A DNA stretch of 64,000 nucleotides from Lytechinus pictus (Eukaryota): assembly GCF_037042905.1 (NCBI RefSeq), contig NC_087249.1:47988001-48052000 (forward strand), read 5' to 3'. Below the pieces are notes generated by a model. The model was given only the letters and a program-made list of their open reading frames with translations. It was not told the origin of the DNA and searched no databases. Numbering within the stretch: the first letter of the stretch is position 1; every line of letters starts with the position of its first letter. This document shows positions 51,566 through 63,600 of the stretch, one piece after another. The position numbers were made by a program, and so were the translations under genes.

Positions 51566-53874
51566 ATATTTGATACATAAAGATGAAATTAATTTTTTTG
51601 GTAAAATGTAATCGAAAAGAGTGTGCCTGAATCTCATGGCGTGTAACTATCGGAGAAGATCATTCCATTCCAGGGGGCGCATCGCCATCTCCATTCAAAA
51701 TTAACAAAAGTGTCATTTTAGTATGGTCAAATCACTGATGCATATTTCTGCATTGATAATTCCATCGATTTTGGTTTTTTTTTTTATATCTGGCCGGCTT
51801 GCTCTCCCAAAATTGATAACTTAAGAACTATCGGTACCCCGGAGCGGTACATCTACTCCTTCCTTTTCCTTTTATTGCTTGCATATTTTCCAAAATGACA
51901 ATCGGTTCCTCGTGCTCAAAAGTTACTGAACCCTGTGCACCAGAAAATTATCTTCATAGTGTGCATGTGGCTCACTGAACCTTGTATTGTTGTTGTGACA
52001 TTCAACACTCAGCATGAATGGGTGCATTTTGTGGTGGGGTTCACTAACTTTTGAGCACAACTGGACGAAAACCCAACGACAAACCAACATTTTTATTGAC
52101 CATTAACATGTTAACGGTGAACATTATAAGTGGCATTAGCTGACAGATAAATACCCATACATATAGGCTACATCATACATATGTACATGATTTACAAGCT
52201 TATGTATATTACCTTCACTTAAAATGTCCAGTGAAGATGTCACCTTCTGAAAAACACATTCCAGAGTCTTTGATTCACGATCTTGTATCTTCTCTGCCCA
52301 CCCACAGCCACGAAGTGTGTCATGAATTTATCCATGCAGGGCTCCCGCAAAATCAGATGAAGGGATGTCGTCTGCTCCAAGAGAACCTTGTGGAAATGGC
52401 GCGCAAGGTTTCAGAAAAAAAGCTCCGTTTGTGGAAAAAGGAAATACAACGACAATGTCATTTATTTCAAGTACCATGGAATGCGATATAAATGACCACT
52501 GATTCATTTAACATAGTGGTCATTTTATGACCGAGTCAGATGCAAATGATCGCATAAGCGTCAAAAAGTGACCAGAATTCACATTCAGGCCGGTATAATA
52601 ATGGTACAAAATGACCGAATTTAACTGCAAACTGTTTGAATCAAATTCCAAAGTTCAAACTCGTTTCATATCTCCGAACATCGCGTTATCGGTGAATATC
52701 AAGGATACACATGAATGACAAGATCAATAACACAGCCCCAACAAGGCAAACTTCGGTTTATTCTGGTCGAGTATTAACTCAAATCGGCCTGACCTGTTAC
52801 GTTTGACGAATGAAATCTCCTTGGTAAAACCATGTCCATTTTAAAACATCGCGAATAGTGCAAATTTGAGACAAGATTGAAGACATGGAATGATTTATTA
52901 AGGGTTCATATTCATTACCATATTCAAATCCATGCATGTATCGTGATAGCTAAATATCCACAAATCCAGTTAATAAGCCGATTTACTATAGGAACAAATC
53001 CCAATTGTGAATTGTATGTATGCTACGCTAAGAGAAGCACCACGGGTAGAATGTTAAACAACGATTAAGAAAGCAATGCTCTTTTATCAACGGGCAACCA
53101 AACGCAGGTATTGACTGACTAGTGATAAGAATCGGGTATAGGCCTATTTTATTCATGGACGGGGGGGGGGGGGGGGTGATGACAGATGAAGAGAGACACG
53201 TCTAAGGTAATTACTGCAATTGATGCGCTTTAATTTGAATTACGAAAGTGCGATTAGTAAATAACTAATTCATCAAAGAACAATATCAAATTAAATGAGA
53301 ACAGCGCCTTATATACCCGCCTTATACCCTTAATCAATGACCGTCCACTACCGGGACACCCCCCCCCCCTCGAGAGAGAGAGAGAGAGAGAGAAAGACAC
53401 AGAGAGAAAAATACAGAGAGATGGGGAGAGAAAATAGTAATCTTATCGCAATTTGTTACTTGGTCGAATAATGGCGCCTCTAACAGTTCCGGAATAGGAG
53501 TCAAAATACTCAAGAATGGAGACATTGGACCAAATGAGGATTTCCACTTGAAGTGCAGGATTACTTAAGCTAATAAAATAATTTATCACTCGGATCAGCA
53601 TACTTACGCTCTTCCCCATTACATGTCTATATACTTTATGTTGCTCTATTAAATCTATTTCAGTTTGAATCTACATCCACATCTGTTTTTTGTCTTTCCT
53701 TTCCTTTTTCTTCTTACAAATTTCTGTCATATTCTTATTCTAACAGGGGAACGACGGACCATTCCATTTTTCTAGTGAAAAAGGAAAGAGAAGAAAAAGG
53801 AAGAGAACGAGAGGAAGAAGAGGTCCGGTATCCCCATTGATCAATTGAGAAAAAGAGCATCGTCACCCTTAGAT

Positions 53875-54039
53875 TAGTCTGCTGGGCAAACCCATCACTC
53901 GTGTTACGGGTCTGAATGTGCAGCCTACTCATGCCTTGTGTACTGCAGGCCCTCAGCAGCAAGTTTTGAATGTGCTAGTCTTTGCGTGGAAACACACTTG
54001 TTGATCAAAGTTTCAATCAGGGTCTGTGCCTGCAGACTA
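53875..54039. mobile_element. Small TAG...CTA element (AcademH-type MITE candidate), decayed
   Basis: TAGTCTGC...GCAGACTA termini; degenerate 9-bp flanks CCCTTAGAT / CATTTAGGT. Confidence 0.45.
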
Positions 54040-54122
54040 CATTTAGGTCGCCCCCCCCCCTCCGCCCTCCGAAATGACCTGACAGAGTAAATGTCTACAT
54101 TTAAAAGCTTTCTTTCTGTAGT

Positions 54123-54195
54123 CATTCATTCATCCATCTATCTATCTCTCCATCCATTCATCCATCCATTCATTCATCCATCCATTCATTCATTC
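54123..54195. repeat. (CATT/CATC)n microsatellite
   Basis: Seen directly. Confidence 0.85.
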
Positions 54196-54630
54196 TTCTT
54201 GTTCTCTCCCCTCTTCTCTCTCTCATCCCCTGTATATTCAGTATTAATTCACCCCCATTTTATGATGATGAATATGTACGGTGTACTCGACAAGTTTTTA
54301 GTACTGAATAAATCACACCGAGAGCCCGTTTCTGTGGTGGACGTGGCATGCATATGGCAAGACTCGAGATATAATGTTTGTATAACTAATGACTCAAGAC
54401 GTTAATGATTAAATAGATCAATATACAATGCAATAGGGGCTCGAATAAATAATTGTCATACACCGAGAGCACTTGGTAATTAAAGCATTTCGCTATCGAT
54501 AGCTACCAAGTTGACTGGCATATGCCCTTTGTGATAGAATAGGGGTACATACATGTAGATCTATAGAAAATGCAGTCATAAATGCCCCGGATAAATGCAT
54601 ACTTAATTCTTAACTCTTTTACTCATTTTG

Positions 54631-54631
<1 letters not shown>

Positions 54632-54661
<30 letters not shown>

Positions 54662-54732
54662 GCTGGTGCTGCTGCTAGTACTACTACCACTACCACTGCA
54701 ACTATTACAGTACTACTGCTGTTGCTGCTACT
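54632..54732. repeat. (CTA/CTG)n microsatellite
   Basis: Seen directly. Confidence 0.9.
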
Positions 54733-55282
54733 GTAACCATTTTCAATGAAATAATACTAACATATATTTGGACATATGAAAATATAACAATAACATGTGG
54801 TTTTTCCCTTCCCTAAAAATCATATTAAATCGCGAGTTCTGACTTCTGACGCTATCAATGCTCTTAGAGAAGCCAATGCTTTAAAAAAAATTAAAATTGG
54901 TATGATCAGGCTATTAGTAAATCTACTTTGTATAAATAATTACAAATAAATCTAAAAATAGGTAGGGAAAAAAAGTAGACACATCTGTATAGAATTTCAA
55001 ATTGTTTTATTTTCAATAATATTATAACACTTTATAAAATATACAGCTTCTTCAATAGAATATTGAAATATGTTCAATAGGATAACATCTATACATTCTA
55101 TTTAAAATTGCTTGCCTGCACACAAAATATATACTTTCTCCACTCCCTGAGTAGCATTCAATCAATAATGTCCAAACTCTATTGCTGGTATACATTTGAT
55201 TTCATATCCTATGGGTAGTAATCATTTAACACCTGGGAAGAGAGTGGCAAACTGTGACCAAGGCCTTGGAAGCCCTTTTGAA

Positions 55283-55478
55283 GGTTCCATGACATTTGCT
55301 CCGCCAACAATAAATTGCTCCGATGGAAAATCTGCACGTTAAGCCAAACATAATACCCAACCTCCAAAATTAAATAAACTCTAATTATTATCTTTACATT
55401 ATTCTAAACCAAAAACTCTATCACAATCCTAACCCTATGCCCTCTGAGATATTAAGACTGCAGCAAATGTCGTGTCAC
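55283..55478. mobile_element. MITE
   Basis: TIR GGTTCCATGACATTTGCT / AGCAAATGTCGTGTCACC, flanked by TTTTGAA on both sides. Confidence 0.6.
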
Positions 55479-55496
55479 CTTTTGAATAGCCTCAAC

Positions 55497-55654
55497 TCGT
55501 CTACAGGCACAGAATATGATGAAGAGTCTGAAGTAGTGAGACTAGATTCACTATATGTACTGTCGCTGGCTCTTATTTGACACACGGAAGGACTAGTCTT
55601 CACTCTAGACAGGGTTTTAGTTAAGGTGTCAAAAGAGTCTGTGCTTGCAGACTA
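55497..55654. mobile_element. Small element with a 9-bp TSD (AcademH-type MITE candidate)
   Basis: TCGTCTACAGGCACAGA ... TCTGTGCTTGCAGACTA, perfect TSD AGCCTCAAC (55488-55496, 55655-55663). Confidence 0.7.
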
Positions 55655-57327
55655 AGCCTCAACTCCCCTCTCATGCTCTATGTAATTTTATTTTTGTAAT
55701 CATATAATATTAATATACATAATGTGCAATATAGAAAAGAGGTCATGCCATGGCAAAGCTTGATATGGACATAATACGACTTTACTAGTATGTAGATCAC
55801 CGCTATATCAAAATAAACCATGGAGATATATAGGTCTCCATGGATACACCAAGGCAACTCAACTGCTCTGTTACTCCAATAGGCAAGAATTCTACTGTAT
55901 TAACTTCATATACATACCTTCAATAACTATATTGTAAAGTAAAACATTATTAGAAATTTATGATGACTACATTATAGCATGGAGATAAAACTGAGATTAG
56001 AAAAAAATAATGGCAATCTTTATTTCATCTAACCACTAAATACTCCCATCAATTAACAGAAGATGAACGCCCTTGTAATATAATAACCTGACTCCTGCTC
56101 TAGAGAAACAAAAAACTCTATAAAAAAGCACTTTACACTGATTTATTTCAACATTGGTGTTGAAATTATCCCATAAATCAGGTTAACTATTATCAACGCT
56201 GAAATAAACATTTGGGTCTCTATACACTCATCAATGTCAAGTTGGGTGTGATATCGACTTTATATAACTCTATAGTGCCCTCGGTGCGGCAGCTTAAAAT
56301 CTGTTGTAAACATGTTGTAATCACTGAATATGACCAAATATCATACATATACTAACGAAAGTTATTGAAATATCAAAAACTAAATTGTCCTCAGAATAAC
56401 AAATTTACAGTACAGGTAATCATACATGTAACTGATGTAAGTACTTTTTTGTCAAATGAAAGAAACTGGTATTTTCAACAACTCACAGACATTATCTTAG
56501 TGATATGCTCACACAATAAACAAGACAACTTCACACAAACACATGAGTAAATAATAAACAAACTCAGCAGTATTCAATGGGTGTGGTCATCATTCACATT
56601 ATACTCAATATACATGTATATGTCGGCAATTCAATATTTGAAGAAAAAAATTCTTATAGTAATGGCATCTTCAGTAAAAACTACATCAATTATAATAATG
56701 TAAAAATGTAGTCAAGAGTATGTGTGTATCTATGTGTATACACACATGTGAACTTTCTAATAAGACTGAACAGGCTTTGACAGTTTGACTATAAGGATTT
56801 ACTGTTATTAATACAAAATTAATCTCATCCTTATGCTACTTGCTTAGAAAAATCAAAATGGTATAAACTAGAGCATCTAACAACTTCAGATGAATCATTT
56901 CATAGCTAGTTATAAATTTTTAACGTAATCATGGAAGATTAAAAGATGCAATTTATGGAATTACATATAGAGCAGCTGCTTACATATGGCATCATAAATT
57001 CATAACTAAAAATAATCCATAACCTGTAAACAATTGTCTCTATATTTTCTTTCTTTTATTAAGACCTGGTTATTATCAGGGTGAAGATCCCCTACAAATA
57101 TATTTCTTTAAAAAAGTGTGTTTTTTATAACTGTACAATAACTATGATTAATTTTGTTGTAATATTTTAATTCCAAATCTCTATTCCATAATTTTATAAT
57201 CCAAATTAAACCTGAATGATATTTCCAACCTTTATGGTATATACATGTACTATACCGTTAAGTTCAAACAGTTTTTTTTTCAGTACACAACTATTCCAAT
57301 CCCAGGCTGGTATTATCACATAAAATG

Positions 57328-57900
57328 CCCGGGGGCCACTTCCATTGACGAGTGGATACCATGCGCGACCATGTGGTCTCGAAAAGCACCCTAAACACGT
57401 ATTCTCCATATTCTGAAAATGCACCCCTTAACAAGTATTGGCGTCTGAAACCTACCCTTAACAAGTATTGGAAACAAAACAATACAGATCTTGGCAAGTA
57501 TTCCCTGAAATGGGCCCCTAAACAAGTACAGCGATATTTTATTGTTTGCCGGATAGTTTGTTCCGTCGGTCGTCGGTTTTACCTTTAGTTTGGTTTAGTA
57601 CGGCCCCAGCTTCCACACCTCGCGCTAATCGGACTCTAAACACGTAGTGTTGACTGTTGGGGCAAAAAGGGCATCCTTTATAAAACATTTTAATTTTGTT
57701 TTATCATCCCCGCAAATTTGACCCTAAACACGTAGCTTTCCTAGCGAAATAGATACCCTTTTTGCATTATTTTTGTGTTTTTGACACCCTTATCACGTTA
57801 TGTACGTAACGTGCCCTATCTTGAAAAAGACATCCTTTTTACGTGTTTTTCTGGGTGCGCATGGTATCCACTCGTCAATGTAAGTGCCCCCCCCCCCGGG
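57328..57900. mobile_element. MITE with CCCGGG termini and an 8-bp TSD
   Basis: ~38-bp TIR CCCGGGGG..CACTT.CATTGACGAGTGGATACCATGCGC; perfect TSD ATAAAATG (57320-57327, 57901-57908). Confidence 0.9.
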
Positions 57901-58857
57901 ATAAAATGTCACTTATGCATACATGTGTACATGTCTCAATGAATCAACTGTTTTTGTTCTGTTTTTTTTTCCAAATGATTTGAAGTGTATATATATATAT
58001 AATCTTTGAATGCAAATCACATTTAAATGTAAACATTGCAGAATTAGTCTTCGGACTACAGCAGTGTATTTTTGGATATGATTTTACATCTAACAAACCA
58101 AAATTGAATTGAATTGGATTGAACTGAATATGTCACAAACATGTTAATGTTTACGGTAATTTATCATTTCAAGAAATGCTGGCATAGACAAACATAGAGA
58201 GCCAAAAACAATGTAATTAATTAAACTGGGCTTAACAAAAAATGACAAACAACAAAGCATGAGAGTTTAAAGAATCGGTTCAAATACATCACACAGACAC
58301 TTCAAATGAAATGAATCAAAACCGACTGATAGTATACATTGTACTTGCATGTCATTGAAAAATAATAATGAACCTTTACTTATTTTTAGAAACATGTCAA
58401 CTCTCTCAACATTATCACATGAGTTCCAATGTCAGTGATTTATGTATGTACCTGGAGATTAAAACATTTATGAAGGGGATGAAAGGGGAGATTAATCTTC
58501 AATCGTAACTCTAGAAAAAGGCCTATGCTACTCTGTTCAAAAGATACAGTGGATTTATGATGCAGAAATTGTGCAAACCTCTTTGGTACATCATCAATCT
58601 CACAATGTCAAAACAAAGGAATGATTGATAGCAGTTGTGAAAAACATTTAGGGCAATTTTCTTGTCATCACTTTCCATTTGCATATTGGATTCCTTATCA
58701 TATAAGTACAAGATGAATTTAAAGGGAGAGTTGAGATTTCATGAAGGTGAAATTGACTTGGAAGACTAACATTGATTAACATCAAATCACTGGCATACAA
58801 ATTGGGATGGGGGGCTTGGGGGCCATGAACCCTCCCCCCAAAAAATAACCCCCCCCC

Positions 58858-58894
<37 letters not shown>

Positions 58895-60659
58895 GGAGAA
58901 AAAAGGAGAAAGGAGAGAAAAAAAGGAGAAAAAAGAACCAAAAAGTGGTGAGATAGGATATTACTTTCTGAATGTCATGTCAAAACCTATCACAAAATTA
59001 GATTTTTGTATCAATTTGTTTTTGCTTACTTGAAGCCTTTTCGAAATTTTGCCCCATATGCCATGCCTGGCACCCAATTTTTTTTGCTTAGTCATTATGC
59101 AACTGCATCAAACAAAGAGGAACAGACTGAATATTTCAATTAATAAGTTTCATAATTCCTGGATCATCAAAATTGTCTTCTGCCTATTCACACTCAAGGT
59201 GTGAAAGGGGTTTAGACACAAAGTTAAGAAAATAAGAAAAACCCAAAATTTTAGGTATGAAAATGTACACTACAATTTGCAAGTAAATTAAAAGTAAATA
59301 CCAAAATATAATGTTAATTTCAAGAATTGTTCATGTTATGTCTGGGGTGGTGGGGGTTCTCACCATCTTTGTATATAATTGTTCACGATGCATCTTTGAT
59401 AGATTAGGCCTTATTTTTCCTTTTGTAAATTGAGCCCACGTGTATTCATAAATGTACCAAAATTTGGATGTACATGTATGAGTTTTGTGTTTTCATGCAA
59501 AAGTGAAATAAATGATAAATTCAAGTACTTACAGTAAATACTGATTCCGCTAAAAAGGGTTTATTGATTGTCACTAGATCATCATGGATCTAGATCTGGT
59601 ACAGTTTCATAAACTTAACTTTGTGAAATCTTACCTGAAAATTGATCAGACTGTGGATTACCAACACAGATAAGTGCATGTGGGACAGTGTATTATTATT
59701 GCTTGGAGTCTGCTCGGATTCCAAGCACTACTTTCTCAGCAATTTTTACAGAACTTCTTGCAGAATCCTCTAGCACATAATGACCCATTTTGAAGTCGCT
59801 ACCATAATTGGCATTTAGCTTATAGTGTGGGGAGATGGACACAACTTCACAACCTACAGACTGGTTATCAGAGCACCCTACAAGTAGGGGAGAGCGGGGC
59901 GCGAATTTTTTTTCCACACTCGGCATAGCAAATACTCCATGTGCACATGTGCGTGGACTTCGTTGCTCGCCGGTCTCTGCCATAGAAAATGTACGCATAT
60001 GTACACTATGAATGTACTACTTCAACACGATGGCTCAATAGTCTTCAAGCGCAGACTCTAATTGAACAGTTCGACAAAATTGTGTCGGGAGGAGCTGAGC
60101 GCGCCAGATATTCTACGTCTATGTAGTTTTATGATCGCGATTCACCAGACCTTTTTTTAAAGTGTTGCATTATGTATGCACTCACATGCACAGCCACCGC
60201 CCCTGGCATGCAGCGCATTACTGTCTTACTATGATGTTGAACAATTTGCCGCCGCAACTTTCCATGGCATTGGATGAAAGTTCAGGCTTCCGTCATGACG
60301 ATATCATTGTGTACTTTTTGTAATCAGGATCCAGGGTCTTTAGGCGAACTAGAGGTAAGTTTAAAGTTTAAAGTTCACAGTTCCCTTAAAATAAGGAAAT
60401 TTTGGGTTACTGACCTGCTTGTCGGTCATGCAAGGCTTGGACCTAAAAATATAGGCAAGGCCTAGTTAGACCTATCTAACTTAGGCCTAGGCTATATAGT
60501 ATTAGTGGCCTAGGCCTAGTGCCAGGTCTTTCATGTGCCAGGTCTTTCATACCCAAAGCAAAGGGTTTGATCCTATATTTAGCTAAATTAAAGCACTGTC
60601 AATTATGGACTGGGCCAAGTATTCATTGTAATTGTATGGGTTGGATTATAATTTTCTAT

Positions 60660-63600
60660 CACTTTGTAGTGATAACGGCCAGGCCGATTGTGGCGTTTTC
60701 AGCTACTGATCCTTGTCGTCTGCTACCATCGTCGTCTGCTGCAGGAGACCTCGTGGCAAGCCCAGATGTAGTGCCGGGTGCAGCTAGCCCGGGGTGACCA
60801 ATCGGGTGTCAGGATTTAGCACCACGTGATTGAGGATGCAGGCGGCATCGTCATCTTCTGGAGGCTCCCTGAGATGTACCGGAACCAACCTGATGTGAAG
60901 ATATACTATTGATCTTGTCGTGTTATATTGCTGTTTTTCAACTGTTTGATGTGTCTTACTGGATTCATCGTGGGACATAACTTACGGTGAGTCATTTTAC
61001 CTTGTGTATTTATGATTGGATACATGTGATGCATGTATCTCGTCACTTTTTAGGTGCATCTCCAACTTACGATTGTTCGAATTGAGCACTCGAACAATAT
61101 TGGCGTAGTCAGCAGTGCGGACTGCGTTTGCGGATTTGTGATTCGTGCTAGGCCTAGAGCTGCCCGCTGCTTGCTCGGCAGTGATTTATTGTGTCAATCG
61201 CACAAGTGTCAGTGCGGGGTGAAATTTTACTTGCGTTAGCGGGTGAGAGGGTGACAGTGGGACTGTCAACCTTCCATGGCTGAGCTTGTGATATTTTACA
61301 TGGTGCTGAGCTTGTGTTGTGTGTTATTTAGATTCACGTTTTAGTGATTCGCAATCTTCGCGAGCGGTGGTTGAACTTGCTCAAGTTGTTGAATTACCTA
61401 TCGCGCTGCCTCGCAACCATCTCGGGGTGAATATTTCTCCACGTGCTTTTTGGGGATTTTCCATGCGGCTGCGGATATCGTTTTGGTATCGCTGCGGTCA
61501 CATTGGGCACGGAGCTTACGATCTGCCGTGTAGAGTGTTGGTATCGTTTGCAGCGTCTTGCAATATCGTTTCGTTGTGACCGGCCCGAACAGTGAGAGTG
61601 TGCCTGTCGTCATACCGATAGCGTTTGCATCGATCTAGCAGCAGTGAGAGTGTGTCTGCGCCTGCATCGATCTGTCAGAGTGAGTGTGTAGTTGCAGTTC
61701 CTGTTTGGGCTGTGCTACAGATTCTAGTCTAGTGTTTGATTTCTTTTAAATTTTATTTCACGTTTTGTTTGTACGAACAGGGGTAGACTTTACGCTGAGT
61801 CCCATTCGTCTATTTTATTCCTAGATATTTGCGTTACACGCTGAGTTGGACTAAAGGGAATTATTTCCTGGTTCAAACTATTTTTTACAAAAATATTTTG
61901 TGGATTAAAGGGATAAATCTCACAGTTTAAAATACTTTGTTGATTGTTTTGTTTGGATTAAAGGGATAAATCTCCCAATTTAGTCACATTTTTACAAACA
62001 TATTTTTGGATTAAAGGGATAAGTCTCCCAGTTTAGTCCAGCTGTTATAAAATATTTTTTGGCTTTTTACAAAAATATTTTTGGATTAAAGGGATAAGTC
62101 TCCCTGTTTAGTCCAGCTGTTATAAAATATTTTTTGGCTTTTAAGAAAAGTATTTTTTGGATTAAAGGGATAAATCTCCCAGTTTAGGCTAGCTGTTATA
62201 AAATATTTTTTGGCTTTTTACAAAAGTATTTTCTGGATTAAAGGGATAAGTCTCCCTGTTTAGTCTAGCTGTTATAAAATATTTTTTGGCTTTTTACAAA
62301 AGTATTTTCTGGATTAAAGGGATAAGTTTCCCCATTTAGTCTAGTTATTACCAAATTCTTTTGTGACTGTTTTAAAAATATTTTTGGATTAAAGGGATAG
62401 GTTCCCCTATCTAGTTGAGTCATTACCAAATTATTTCGTGACTGTTTAAAAAATATTATTGGATTAAAGGGATAAGTCTCCCTTCTTCGTCCCACGATTG
62501 GTGTAATATTTTTTAGGCTTAGGGATAAGTGTTTGTATTTATTTTTATGGTGTGTTTAGACTAAAATTAGATTTACAGGGTTTTGTTATCTTATTGAATT
62601 GGATTTTTGAGAACTTATTTTTGGCGTTAAAGGATAGGTCTTTCTTGATCACCTACCTTTTTGATTGTGGGAGTTTGGGATTTAAGTGAGAGGTTTCCTT
62701 GTTAGGTTTAATTTTTGAAGAGCATTTTCACATTAAAGGGACACCTTTTCAGGATTATTTTTTATATTTTGATATTGTTTCTTGGGTTTTTCAAATTAAA
62801 GGGACAATTTTCAGCATTATTTTCTTTATATTGTGATATTGTTCCTTGGGTTTTTCAGATTAAAGGGACACCTTTTCAGGGTTGTTTCCTTTACATTATT
62901 GAAATTGTTTTGGGGTTCTTCACATTAAAGGGACACCTTCCTTAGATTGTTTTTTCTACATTAGGAAATTAATCCTTGTGCTTTGGCAATTAAAGGGATA
63001 CCTTTTTTGATTATTTTTTTACATTTAGGAATTAATCCTTGTGCTTTTGGAATTAAAGGGACAACTTCCCTGGATTATTTTTTACATTTAGGGAATAATT
63101 TTTGAGTTATAGAAATTAAAGGCATACCCTTCTTAGAGTATTTTCTATGCTTTTTAGGTACTACTTCTCAAGCTTGAGAACTTAAAGGGATACTATCTTT
63201 GGATTATTTTTGTTTACATTTGGGCTTTAGTTCTTGTCCTTGTTGGAGTATTGGGCAACCTTTTTTGGATTGTTTCTTATTTTTAGGGTTGTTGCAGCCC
63301 TGGTCGTTCGACATTTTGTTCGACGGGGAGTGGGGTGTTACCCAATTGTGTTTTAAGGAATTGGATAACACAAGAGTTTTGGGAGTTAATTGATTTGAGT
63401 TAATGCAAAATGTTGTCGGATAGGGTAAGCCCCTTCGATGAAGGGATTGCTCGCCCGTTGCTGGTGAACAAGTGTTCATATCACGAACTCGTAGGCATTT
63501 CTGGAGTGAGCCATTGTGTCGCAGGCCTGCTGTTAGAATGCAAAGGAGGCATTACAAGAGAGTATTTCAATTCTCTGGTGTCTGTACCGGAGGGGTTTTG

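Noticed and set aside
60260-60360. First coding exon of a + strand host gene (ATG at ~60263, GTAAGT at 60355)
   Set aside because: In-frame TAA before the donor, and it adjoins repeat-like sequence (59560-60130). Probably TE-internal; cannot be supported as a gene.
61850-63195. Repeat-spacer array as a CRISPR locus
   Set aside because: Eukaryotic context, spacers are related to each other rather than unique, the core is only ~9-14 bp, and there are no cas genes.
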